The notes: generated by a model not told the origin, from the sequence alone. Positions 27,772 to 41,300 are shown, counted from the stretch's first letter. The stretch: DNA of 64,000 bases from Geosiphon pyriformis uo1 (GCA_016748015.1 JAAOMT010000273.1:62001-126000); one strand, 5' to 3'. A program made the numbers and translations.

Positions 27772-28150
27772 ATAATAACTATACTCTTATCTATAGATAT
27801 TTTCATATTGAAAAAACACTTTATGAATGAAAATTAGAATTTACAACAACAAATCTCACTTCTGAAGCTATACAAAAACAAATTTACAATGAATTTAAGA
27901 CAATAGCTGGATCAACAAACACTCACTACAAACTTAGAGCAGTATTTAGACTCTATGATTTATTTAATACTTGTGAAAATATCCTACAAAATCCAATACT
28001 TCATCCAATAAAAATTCAATACATTAAAAAGCTTACAAAACTAAAATTTCAGCAATTTTCAGACCAGATCACTTCAATTATCTTGAACTATTATCTTGAC
28101 ATCACAAATAGTACTTGAACTTTAATGAAGCTTAGTCTTGAGGAGGAGAT
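27772..28150 (+). pseudogene. F ORF3 C-terminal half and PPT; integrase deleted
   Basis: YRYFHIEKTL...LRAVFRLYDLF matches A 43230-43600. PPT gaggaggaga at 28140-28149. Confidence 0.85.
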
Positions 28151-28152
28151 TA

Positions 28153-29106
28153 TATTACCAGTAAAATTTTAATTATTAATTAGCATAAAATTATTCTTAT
28201 AATTCCTATTATTAATTAGCATATACTATTATCATTCTAATTATTACTTATTATTTAATCAAATTATTAAATATTATCATTCAATTAATAACCCAATTTG
28301 TATTATAAAAATTAAGATGATCAAATTACACAATACTCGGAACCATTTAATATTGTCAAAATTTGCCAAAATTGATGAAAATTGGCCGAAATAATCAATA
28401 GTTTCCAAAATGTATCTTTAATTTACTGAAATTAGAGCAAAAAAAAAAGTGCAAGTTCAAAGACTAGTATTATAACAAGTTGTATAAAAGAAGAGTTTTT
28501 TTCTTTAAGAAAATATATCTTCTCATAATATCTTTTCATAGTATCTTACTTTAGATATCTTAATTAAAACAAATTATTTTTTACATATCTCAAAATAAAA
28601 ATTAAATATTCAAAAACCAAATTCTTTGATTATTACATTTGAAATTCCCTCAACACAACTAATATTTTGAAATTGATTAGCTACCTATTTCAGTAATTTG
28701 TTAGTAACTTCAGGCCTGAATAGAAAACGTTTCCTTTGACACAATTCTATTTTCTTTATATTTCTTTTATTTTTTTTTTACTTTTTTTATCATAATTATT
28801 AAGGTAGTCTACAGACAAGATTTCTGTAAAAGAGTTGACTTTTACAGCAAAGTAACAACACATTTTTAATAAGCTTTTAAATAAGCAATTCCTGGAAAAC
28901 AGTTGACATTTACTACAATGTAACTACATAAAATAACTAGCAAGAAATTGGCTATTCTACTTATAAGCCCAGCAATTCAAATTATAAGAAATAATTTGAA
29001 GATAAATTCAGTTATTGGAGGTTCAACTGCTTCCAGAAAACATGAAATTAACAACATACAAATAGTAACAACATTCAAAAAAAGAGACCAAAAACTTCCA
29101 ATAACA
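28153..29106 (+). repeat. 3' LTR of F
   Basis: tattaccag...caataaca. Matches 4373-6459. Confidence 0.92.
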
Positions 29107-30420
29107 TCACTAAATAAACAACAGATGCTAAGTGTTTGGCATAAATAGTAGCCAATCTGCTTTTATTTGTGTCTAACAATATCTTATAATAAGAATGACC
29201 AGAAAAAAAATTCCCATTTATAGAACAGCCCAATAATATATGATTCAAATTCTTATACTTTGCATATTTGGCAAATTTCAAATAAGACTAGTATAAATTA
29301 ACATCTCTTAGTACTGGTATGATTATTATGATAGCATCCAATAATTTAACAAAGTCAAAGCAAACAACTGCATATCTGGCTCAAGCATACATAACTGGAT
29401 AACAATCAATAACACATGTTTTCTCATTCATTAAAATAATATAATCTTAAATATTATGTGTATTGGTTTTTACTGGCAGAATATATAGCAATATTCTATT
29501 ATAGTCTCTTGTATTCCATAATTTCTTGTTTATATCAGCTTTAGCAATACACATAGCATTTTTTCTAATTAAGACAGACTATTTAGCCACAACCAAATTA
29601 GCATAATCTGATTGTTCAAATTCTACAACAGCCTTTTGCCACAGCTTTACCAATTGCATATTGATCAACTTAATTACTTTAAACTTAAACAACACAATAC
29701 ACACAGCCTCAGCTAATGTCTCAATTGGAATTTTTTTTACAATCACAGTTTAATCTAAACATTCAACAGGCTTTTTAAGATTGATATTTACTATAATCAT
29801 CACATTTTTTGTCATATTAAAAATCTGAGCCAAGTTTAATTTAGAAGTGAATGTTACTTTAATAATTCCAGCAAATTTTAAGAGAGTAAAAGCCTCTTTA
29901 AAACCATTAATTTTCAAAAACAATTTTCTGATCACTGTTAACTTCTCTTGAGATAACTTTTCAACAACTTTATCTAGTTTAATATTTAAAACAAAGAGTT
30001 TTCTAACAAAAATATTAACCAAGTTCTTTAGAAGAAGAAAAAACATCAAAAAAACATCTAATAAAATGTTATTATTATCAATATTCAAAAAATTAATTTT
30101 TTTAATAGCTTTTCCAATGTCTTTTTGGTCTGTATCCATAAGTTTTTAAGTGTTTGATCAGAATTTTCTACAGCAAAAACACCACTTTTATCATAGTCAA
30201 AGCTGGTCTTCTCAATCAGACACTCTTTTTTTATGTTTACACTATTAAATTTAGTAGTATTATTAGCCTTAGAACTCAATGAATGACTACTCAATTCCTT
30301 AGCAAAAGTCTCTTTGTTATTAATACCCTTTTCCAAAGCACTTTTTTTCCTTTTTTTTCTAGATAAAACAGATTTAACACCAATATCAGAGTCAAAATTT
30401 TTAAGAGCCTTTTTTATAAT
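29107..30420 (-). pseudogene. LINE copy 1 ORF1, 5' part
   Basis: Continuous with 4372 across the TSD. Includes ORF fragments 29750-30336 and a decayed zinc-knuckle-like segment at ~29230-29270. Confidence 0.78.
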
Positions 30421-31099
30421 AGTAATATTAAGGCCAATAATAGTTTTATAATTGAATAAAAACAGTTTGGATTTATCATACTAAATGGTAAAAAACTTCT
30501 TTTAAAAAACTTTTTGATTCTTTTTTGGAAATTTGGAACAAAAAAAAGAAAGAAGTTTTTTTTTTAATAATAAGAATTATAAAAATAGTTTTATAATAAT
30601 TAATAACAAATTTTTATTAATAATATTGATTTTAAAACAATAAAATTAATGTTAAAAACATTAAAAATAGTTTTTTAATATTTCAAAAAATTGTTATCAA
30701 TTATAACAAAAAGTTGTTTTTTAATTATTTTGGTTTTTTTAATTATTTAAATAAAAATAAAAAAAGACAAAAAAAAAGAATTTAATTATTAGTTTTTTAT
30801 TAAATATTTTAATATTTTTAGATAAAACAAAAATTATTTTAAAACTTTTAACCAAAGACAAATAATATTTTAGAATTAACAAAAAGCTAATTTATTATTA
30901 TTTTATTTAAGAACAATGTTTTTACAAAATATTATTAAGTAATTTAATAATTACAAATATTTTATTAATAAAAATATTATTAAATGGTTTAAAAAATAAA
31001 AAATTGCAATTTTTTTACTTTTTATTTTGGTTTTAATTATAAAAATAAAAGAAAAAATTTTTTTTTAATAAAATTTTTTTTAACATTTAACAAATAAGA

Positions 31100-33842
31100 T
31101 CCAAATACTACTTAACACAATATATTAAACTAAGTAATCTAAACTAGATACAAATCATGTACTTTCTATACATAATCAGTCATTTGAACTAATTAAAACA
31201 ATACTATAAAATTATTTTAACAGATATTATACTATTAATACCAAAAAAAAAATTGCAAAGCTTGCAAAAACCAAAACTAATACTATGTATCTTTATAATA
31301 CCAAGTAATTTAACAACACTATTAAAAAATAATAACAAAAACCCATGGATTTTGAAGACACCAAACTATTACTTATAATTAAACTTTTTTTTTCATAATT
31401 GTTCTAAACTTAGCTTTTACCAAAACTTTTATTTAATGAGCCACTCCTAAATTTCTTATTAGATTAATGATTAACTTGTCAGCAATTTTAACATAGCTAA
31501 AAATAGACAAAGCTTTCAAATACCAATTTCTAAAAACAAAATCTTTGTACAAAGTCATATACACTTCAAGATTAGAAGCATATATAGAAAGCATTTACAT
31601 GACACAAAACAATGACAGACTTAATTTTAACATAGAAATCTATTAAATTAAATATGAATTAAGCAAGTTTTTACAAACAGCAAAGTTTATTATACATATA
31701 AACAAGTGATTAAAAAGTTTTATCTTCCTATAATAAAAAACACAATACATTAGAATAAGCTCTATTATATAAGTGTTTTCTAATAATGATTGACAAACAA
31801 CAATACAAAGCTTTCATAAAATACAAGTACAAATTAGCAATAGATTTACTTATAAAACCAGATGTCATATATAAGTTAGGATATCAAACTAATAAAGTTT
31901 AATCTCAATTCACATCTTCATTCATATTTGTACTAATAATATTAGACTCAGACCCAACTTCCCAATAAGCCCAATGAACAGTCCTAAAAACACTATGAAT
32001 AAAATAATAAATATTTTCAGACATCTTTACTTTACTAGTCTTAATATAATTCTTCTTAATAAGAACAGAAAGTACCAAATTCAAACATAAAGCTAAATTA
32101 GCCAGCTTGTTAGCACATTTATTATTAAAGATACTTGAATAGTCCTATACCTTAGACCAAAACACATCAAGTTTTTTATCTTTAATAGAGTTTATTACAC
32201 TATGTCTCTTTATCTAACATTAATTATGAAAATTTGGCAAAGCCAATCTTAATTCAATAGTATACACATCTAAAGCAGCTTAACTGTTTGAATATATTAT
32301 AATACTACTATTAGCTAAGATACATTCTAAAGCTAGAGCAATAACCTGTAATTCAGTCATTATGAAAAAAACCAAATCACTAATTTTCACATCAATATTC
32401 AGATTTAAATCAGCAAAAAATGCAGCTACACTACATTTTATCTTGTGTGTTCTCAAGTTTTTAAGCAATCTATTCATGTTAACATTAATGATATCCAAAT
32501 TAACATTAAAAAGACACTGCTGCACTAAAAAAAACTGTCAAAACTGAAAATACTTAAAAGCCAGAAGCTGTCAATAAAAAGCTATACAACAAAACAACAA
32601 AAAAAATTGACCAAATATTCACATGCCAATTTGAATTACACAAAAATTAGGCTTTTAAGATCAAGTTTTTTCCAATAATAAAAGCTTTTTCAATTGAAAA
32701 CTAATCTTTTTTTATTATATAATTGTTTAACAAAAGCAATACTGAATCTCTTAAGCAACTTAAAAACATTGTAGAACACAGAATCTCTTAAAACAGAAGA
32801 CATTAAAATGCCTTCTAAGTACCAAAATACAAAGAAAAGATTGTTATTAAGAGACATGTTACAATTCAAAAAAATTTTTACAATACTAGCTAAGAAGTTA
32901 TTAATTAGACTAATTTTTAACCTAACAAAAATCTGTAAAGAATATGTTAAAGACCAATTTAAGATCTGCAAATCCAGAAATTTATGACTAAACAAATGAC
33001 TAAAAATTCTACCAGCATTTAAAAAACAGAGCACTAAAGCTGACTTACTTTTTGTCTGTACTTGCTTAAAAAATTTCAAATTATACAAAGATGAGTGGTA
33101 AAAAGTCTTATTGGAAAAGTTTTTAAAAAAACTAGTCTTTATTTTCAAATCTTTCTTAATTAGTGTATCCTATTTATTACATACATTTTTGAAGACAAAA
33201 CTAAATTGGGTTCTGTAATTAACAATAAGGTTTTGTAATTAACAATAGGGTACAGTATTACCAAAACCAAATAAAAAAACTGTTTATTTAAAATAGTCTT
33301 TTTTAAAACTATGTTGGCAAAGAACCTAATATCTGAATAAGCTTTTACCAAATTAGGTTTAAAAAAACTTTTAGAAAACAAAAAAATACCAAGATATCTG
33401 TATGACTTTTTTTTTTGTGCAATAGAAATTGGCAAATTATTTATTAATAATAAAGTATTCTTAACTTTTTGGTTAATAGAAATAACTACTGTCTTTTTGT
33501 TGTTAATTGAAATGTTATTAATTTTAAAGAACTTACTTGTAAGATCCAAAATGTGCTGAATAGCTGCTTGATTATTTTCTATCTAAATTGTATTATTAAT
33601 AAAAGCACTAATTACCAAAAACAAAGACAATTTATTCTGTAACTTTATTCTGCCAGTTTTAACAACAAACTTAGTGTTAATATAATAATTATAAAAGCTT
33701 TTATGTCTCTTGATTTTACACAAAAGAGAGTTATAGAAAATTTTCCAAAGCAAAAGAAAAAAAATCTCATTCTGGTCCAGACTATTATGCATATAGTACT
33801 TATTAGTAAGTTTATAATCTGTTATAATCCAGTTTATTCTAT
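31100..33842 (-). pseudogene. LINE copy 2, 3' part: RT C-terminus, RNase H and C-terminal Cys/His motif
   Basis: SAFINNTI (decayed FVDD) at ~33600, YRYLGIF at ~33390 and RNase H ELQVIALALEC...YSNS*AALD at 32270-32360. ORF ends at ~31205. Confidence 0.85.
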
Positions 33843-34339
33843 TGTTATGGGTTGAATTAACAATCTAACAGATAGCAAAAGAGAACAAAATTGTAAAATA
33901 ATAGAAATAATCAAAGAGAAAATTACAATATAAAAGCAAATTAAATAAGTAAGAATTCAATATATGTGATCAGTTTTATAAAAATCACAGTTGTAAATCT
34001 TTTCTGGAAATCTAAAAGTAAATAAATAGTCTGTGATTGTTAACAAGATAACACCACTGCTATTATTCTATGTCTTAACTTGGCAATTCTTAAAATTAAT
34101 AACAAGTATTGTTGTGCTTTTTAATTATTTTTTTATTCAATGAATCACAAAAGCAAGCAATTGCTTTTTAAGCTAATTCTAACAATACAAATTAAAAAGG
34201 AAAAAGGATAAAGTATGTAAATACCAATAAGTAATTTTTTATCCCAAGATATTCAGATAGTTGAAAGCAGAAAAAAAGAAATAAGTGATATGAAAGAAAA
34301 TAATTAATAGTGGGTTTTATTTCATTATTTTGATCATGT
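33843..34339 (-). repeat. 3' LTR of B, left piece
   Basis: Matches 58922-59418. Confidence 0.9.
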
Positions 34340-35325
34340 TGTTACCAGACAAAATTAGAGATAATATTTAGCATGAAATTATCTTTATAACTCCTATCAT
34401 TAATTAGCATATATTATCATTCAAATTATCACTTATTATATTAGCAAAATGTCCAAAATTATCATTTAATTAATAACCCAATTTGCACATAACATAAATG
34501 TAATCTAATTGTAATGATCAATCATGCAATATTCCGAACTATGTAACATTCAAAAAGTTTGCCAAAATTGGTAGAAATTTGCCGAAATAATTGATAGTTT
34601 ACCGAAATATCTAATAGTTCGTAGAAATAACTTGTAGTTTGCTAAAATGTATCTTTAGTTTAGCAAAATTGTAGAAAAGAGCAAAGTGCAAGTTCATAAA
34701 ATAGTGTTATGACAAGTTGTATAAAAGAAGAGCTTCTCTCTTCGAGAAAATATATCTTACTTCAAATTTAATAATTAAAATCATCCTTTACACACAAAAA
34801 CAAAAATAAATATCAAATAATTCAAAAAACCAAATTCTTTAAATTATTGCATTTGAAAAATTCTCAAAACCCAACTAACGTTTTGAAATTGATTAGCTAC
34901 CAATTTCAAAAAACTGTTAATGACTCCAGGCCTGAATCGAAAACCATTTCCTTAACAGAATTCAATTTTCTTTTACATTTTTTTTATTTTTTTCTTTTAT
35001 TTTCTTATCATAATCATTAGGGTAACCTACAAACAAGATTCCTGTAGAAGAGTTGACTTTCACAGCAAAGTAACTACATATTTTTAGTGAGCTTCTAGAT
35101 GAGCAATTCCTAGGAAAGAGTTAACATTTACTACAATGTAACTACACAAAGCAACTGGCATAGAATTGGCCATTCCACTTATAAGCCCAGCAGTTCAAAT
35201 TATAGGAGATAATTTGAAGATAAAAATTCAGTTATCAGAGGTTCAAACACTTCCCATAGTCGTGAATTAACAGCATTACAACCAACATACAAGAACTAAG
35301 AAGAGACCAAAAACCTCCAGTAACA
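34340..35325 (+). repeat. 5' LTR of A
   Basis: tgttacca...cagtaaca. TATA-like gtataaaag at ~34719. 20-bp agtttgccgaaat array at ~34555-34670. Confidence 0.95.
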
Positions 35326-35327
35326 TT

Positions 35328-35340
35328 TGGTGCTCTCCCA
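35328..35340 (+). other. Primer binding site of A
   Basis: TGGTGCTCTCCCA, 2 nt after the LTR. Confidence 0.8.
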
Positions 35341-35370
35341 CGGAAACAACATAGCAAAAACAACTTCAAA

Positions 35371-38300
35371 GTGGTGATCACACTAGACACAACAACTCTA
35401 GAGTATTACCAATCAATTTACACCCACTGCAAGCAAAGATTCAACATTCCAGACAGAATTGAAGTTGTTAAGAAATCAGTATACCAATACATTGAAAACT
35501 GCATCAACAATTATCTTTTTGGAAATTACAATATCTCAGATGCTAGAAGCAATCTTTACAATAATTTAGTATACTATTCACAGTTGGGAACTGAAGACCT
35601 TAACAGTAAAACACTTGCCACTTACTTTCAAGAACTTAATTTTAACATTATCAAGTACTGTGAAGAAACATATCCAGTACAGTCTCAATATTCCATTGAT
35701 TTTGAATCAGAGACAGAAACAAGCAACAAAGACAAACAAAAATTGAAGCAATACTCAAAAACTGCCCCAAATACTCCAATACTACCAAAAACAACTGCCA
35801 AACACTTACAAACACCTGAACAAGAAACCAGTTCAAAACTTCCACTTACTATCACACCTTTTCTAGCTTCACTTGCATAAGCACAAACACCTAATTCACC
35901 CTTAAATCGATTTGCAAGACTAAAAGATTTTACATCACCCAAAAGTCCTACCAGACAACAAAAACCTCTTCAAACTAGTTCTAATCTCCTTGACTTTCTA
36001 GCTGAAAATCGAAGTGAACGCTCTGAAACAGCAGCGAATGAAGAAAACGACTTTGAAATATCTGAAAAAGAATCAATAGACAGTGAAAATGAAGAAGACA
36101 AAATGACAGCATACATTGCAAAAATCCCTGAATTCAATAGAAAAGACATTGAGACCAGTCCCCAAGAATGGCTCAACCAAGTTATTAAAGCTGGAGATGC
36201 AAATGAATGGAATGCTGTCAGAATGTTAAGAACAATTCTCTACTTTCTCAAAGGAACAGCAGGCGAATGGTTTGAAAACTTGACCACCCCTTTTAATGAC
36301 TAGACAGCTTTCAAAACTGTCTTCTTAGGACAATTTACCAATAACAACACTTCAATCACATTTCGAAATTGTTTTCACAATATCAAACAAGAACTCTCTG
36401 AATCTGTTATGACTTATATTGAAAAATTCAACAAACTTCTCAAATGAATTTGCCAACTTAAAACTAATGATTATTATTTTTATGCTCAAATTTTGGATCA
36501 ATTTATCACTGGTTTAAAGGATAAACTGATTAAAAAGGTTCACCCACATGCCCCAGAAGATTTAAACTCTGCCATTCAGCATGCAAAGAGATATGAAATG
36601 GCCATAGAAGAAGCCAATCATACAAAACTCGTGAACTTAGCCATTGGAGAGACCAGCTCAGCAGCTGAAGAGAAAATTGACCAACTTACAAAAAAAGTTG
36701 AAAACTATTTCACCAACCAACAACAACAGCAACCCCAAAAATATTAACCACCTCAAAGATGAAATCAAAACAACTTTATATCATTCTCTAATAACCAGCC
36801 TTAAAATTACCATTACTGTAGAATTTCTGGCCACTAGAAAAAAAATTGCAGAAAGCTACAATAAGACCAACAAAACAGGAGTAATCAACATTATCCTTTG
36901 CTACAACAATCTTATTACCAACCACCACTATCACTAGCTTACTATCCACCAAGACTGCAATATCAAACCAACTACTATCAATCTGCTCCACAGCCAATGC
37001 AACAACAGTATCAACAACCCATTCAACATTACCAAGTATTTGCTTAAAGATTGATTCAACAAAACCAATTTGCACCACAAAACCAATTTGCAACAAACAA
37101 CAACAAAATCAACCCAAATAACCAATTAGTTCCCCAAAATCCAGCTCAGCCAAGACCCACCCATTACCATACTCAACCTAGCTATTTTACAATACCTAAA
37201 GAACAGGATTTTCACCATACTGCACTCTCGGAAGATAGAGCTGCAGCATGACAACAAAACCCTTCCTATACTCTTACCACAATTCCACCAGCCAGAATTG
37301 CTGAAAATGCCAACCTTTTAGATATATTCCTTTTTGAGTTTAAAGCAAATGAGTCACCATTCCTGCTTAGCAATGTAGCCGCCAATAAACAAAAAACAAT
37401 CACTGCTATGTACACTAAAGCAGAAGTCAAAGGAAAGGCAATTTGCTTGATCCTAGACAGTGGATCCGCTGGAAGCATCATCACCTACCAGTTAATGCAA
37501 CAGTTAAAGAGAAATGTCGACCGACCAGCTTAAACAGTAATTATTACTGCCGATGGCATAAAAAAGACTCCAGTAAGAGAAATTGACAATTTTTCATTTA
37601 CTCTTGATAGAATCACCATTCCAGTCAAAGTTCTTGTAATAGACACACCCCAGTATCAAGCCCTTGTTGGAAATGATTGGTTCCAAAAAGCCAACGCAAA
37701 ATTAGACTAGGAAATCTAAGAATTACAACTCTCCTATCAAGGATAACATGCCCAAGTACCCACTACTTGTGGTACATTCAACAAATGATCAGAGAAAGCC
37801 CCTGTCTTCGAATTTAAAGAAGAGGAAAAAAAGCCTGTAGTCAAAACATTTATGGCACTTGAATCAACATTTAACTGGGCTGAAAAAACTAAGCAAATGT
37901 ATTTTGCAACAAACTTATATCCAGAGGAACCAGAAACCTCTGGATAGAACATTCCATATTCTAAACCAGAACCAAAAAAACAACATCCTTACATTCCACT
38001 CAAATGCAAGGACTGCCACAAGAAGCTCTCCTTAATGGGCACCTGCATTTCATCTGAAAAAAAATATGAAAATCATACTTGTTATTACTGCAAGGCTTGC
38101 CACAGAGAATAATGGGGCCATCTAATAAAAAGAAGTGGAAAATAGGACAACACTTCTTGTTTGACTTGTAAAGATATGCTACTGGAAGAATGCAATTGGA
38201 TTGATGTAGCAATGAGAGGAGGAGTCTGCAATCAGACTTGCTAATATGCTTTATCAATTTCAGAAAAAGTAAAAAGAGGAACACTCTTTAATATGGCATA

Positions 38301-41300
38301 CAATAGTGCTCTCAACAAACTTTATCACTACCTCCATGATGCTAAAATGATTTTTGACCTAGCAATGACATTAATTAATAGAGCTACCAAAGAAAATATT
38401 CATCAAATGAAGGAAGCAGAATACATTGAATACACTATAGAATTAGCTAGATTCGATTACAAAGATGAAATAGAAGTCTATCACCAAATTACAAATCACA
38501 CCTACCCAATCCAAGAAGCTTAAATTCAATGATTAGAGCAAATGAACATTAGGCTATATGAAGAATGCATTATGTCTTGTGATGAACAATAGTGTCTTGA
38601 ATGCTATGCTCTTAGTATTTCTCTGCCCAGTAAAAACGATGAGAACAAAATTGAATTTGGAGAACCTGAAGCAACAGAAAAAATTGAAGCAACACTCATC
38701 TATCTCATCGAAAACCAGCCTGCCTTACAACTCAAATACTTCAACAACAATGGACAAGGAATAAAACCTGAAAAAACACATGAAATTGATGCTGGATATG
38801 ACCTAAGATATCTAGACAAAGATACTCTCATTCTTAAACCCAAATCTCTCACAAAAATCAACCTCAAAATTGCTCTCAAAATTCTGCCAGAAGCAATGGT
38901 TTAAATCACCTCCCGGTCCTCTCTGGCAAGCAAAGAAATCAATGTCAGAGGAGAAATAATTGATGCTAGATATACTGATGACATAACAGTAATACTCTAA
39001 AACAAAACTGACAAGCCATTTAAGATTGAACATGTTGAGAAAATTGCCCAAGTCATTTATTTACCCTTAATCAATATTTCGGGTTTACAATTAGTCAATC
39101 AAAGAGAACTATTAGGAAAAAGTGAAAGAGAAACCCAAAATTTTGGTTCAACTGGACAATTCACAGTTCCAGTAAACATAGCTCTCAATGAACAGAAAGA
39201 ATCTCACCAGATTTTACGACTTCCACAACCAATTACCATTTCACCCTTTGGAGAACACCCTGAAATTTACACTTGTGAAAAGCCAACAACCACACAACAA
39301 ATTTTTGAGTCCAATGAACAAATCTGCTTGGAACATAATATCTTGATCCTAAACATTTATATTCTAGAAAAAACAAAGAAAATCCAAGTTACTTTTTACA
39401 ATCCCAACAATTTCCTCATAGTTTTATTAAATAACTTAGAAATTGGAGTTATTCACAGTAATATTTTTCAACAAAAATTACCTTAAACAGTCCCCAATTT
39501 CTCTGAAATTATTGGACATTTCACAGTTCCAGTAAACATAGCTCTCAATGAACAGAAAGAATCTCACCAGATTTTACGACTTCCACAACCAATTACCATT
39601 TCACCCTTTGGAGAACACCCTGAAATTTACACTTGTGAAAAGCCAACAACCACACAACAAATTTTTGAGTCCAATGAACAAATCTGCTTGGAACATAATA
39701 TCTTGATCCTAAACATTTATATTCTAGAAAGAACAAAGAAAATCCGAGTTACTTTTTACAATTCCAACAATTTCCCCATAGTTTTATTAAATAACTTAGA
39801 AATTGGAGTTATTTACAGTAATATCTTTCAACAAGAATTATCTCAAACAGTCCCCAATTTCTCTGAAATTATTGGACATTTATTACCAAAAATCAATTCA
39901 AACCCCAGCTCTGAAAACTACCATGTTGTCATGAAAAAATTATTTCAAATCAACATGGGACAACTTGAACCACAACAACAGAACCAGCTCAAAAAACTAA
40001 TTATAGAATTTGCTAATATCTTTGCCGAAAACAACAATGACTTAGGAAGAACTGATTTGGTCCAACACCAAATCTATACAGGAGATGCCAAACCAAGATG
40101 ACAGCAAGCCTACTGAGTTGCTCCAGAAAGCCACCAATTTATCCACAAAAAAGTACAACAGATGCTCAACAATGGGCTTATCCAACCATCAATGAGTTCA
40201 TGGGTCTTATTTGTGGTCTTAATTAAAAAGAAAAAGGGAAAGATACGATTTTGTGTTGATTATCAACAACTCAACAGTGTCACCATTGGAGATGCCTATC
40301 CCTTTCCCCGAATTGATGATATGTTAGATGCTCTTGAAAAGGCCAAATACTTTTCAATACTAGATCTAGAAAGCGAATACTGGCAAGTTGCCATGGACCC
40401 CAAAGATTGTCCCAAAACAGCTTTTACAATCCAAGAAGGAAACTACGAATTCAATGTAATGTCTTTTGGATTATGCAATACACCAACAACATTTTAGAGA
40501 TTAATAGATATTGTGTACAAAGAACTTTTTTGAAAGTCAGTAGTTGTTTATCTTGACAATACTGATGTTTATTTTCCATCATTTGAATTACACTTAAAAC
40601 ACCTGCGAAAAGTTTTTCAACAATTACAAAAAGCAGGACTAAAACTCAACATCAAAAAATGCTATTTTGGAAAAACAAGCTTGGTCTTTCTTGGTTACAT
40701 CGTTAATAAAGATGGAATCAAACCAGATCCTGGAAAAATCAGCACTGTTAAAAACTTCAAAACTTCTTAAAACACTACAGAACTAAGAGGATTCATAGGG
40801 TTAGTCTCCTGCTATCGAAAGTTTATCAAAGAATTCTCAGAAATCGCAAAACCTCTTAACCAGCTTACCACCAAAAACATCGAATACAAATAGACTGCTG
40901 AACACCAAAACACATTTGAAATCCTCAAAGAAAAACTAACGACAGCTCCAATTCTCACCTACTCAGACTTCAGTAACTGATTTTAACTAGTTACAGATAC
41001 TTCTTATACTGCCTTTGGTGTCATCTTATCACAATTAGATGACAACGGAAATGAGCAAGTAATCGCTTATGCTAGCAGAACATTAAAACCAGCCAAGAAA
41101 AACTACTCTGCCACAAAACTAGAAACAGCAGCTGTAATTTGGGCCCTATACCACTTCAATCTTTATCTCAGACCTAAAGAATTTGATATTATCACTGATA
41201 ATATTGGACTCAAATGGCTTCAGAACAAAAACACTCAGCTGAATGCAAAACAAACCTGATGAACAGGATTTTTAGCCAACTATTGATATATTGTAGACCA

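Larger units (their letters stand above)
4373..29106 (+). mobile_element. Ty3/Gypsy element F (A-related family) inserted in LINE copy 1 ORF1; hosts E, G and D
   Basis: Matching LTRs 4373-6459 and 28153-29106. TSD ccac (4369-4372) / tcac (29107-29110). Removing it restores LINE ORF1 IYAKHLASVVYLV|AFGDVFWAK. Confidence 0.92.

Noticed and set aside
30550-31090. Extremely AT-rich unassigned segment between the two LINEs
   Set aside because: No ORF, repeat unit or homology is recognisable. Probably fully decayed older sequence or LINE UTR.
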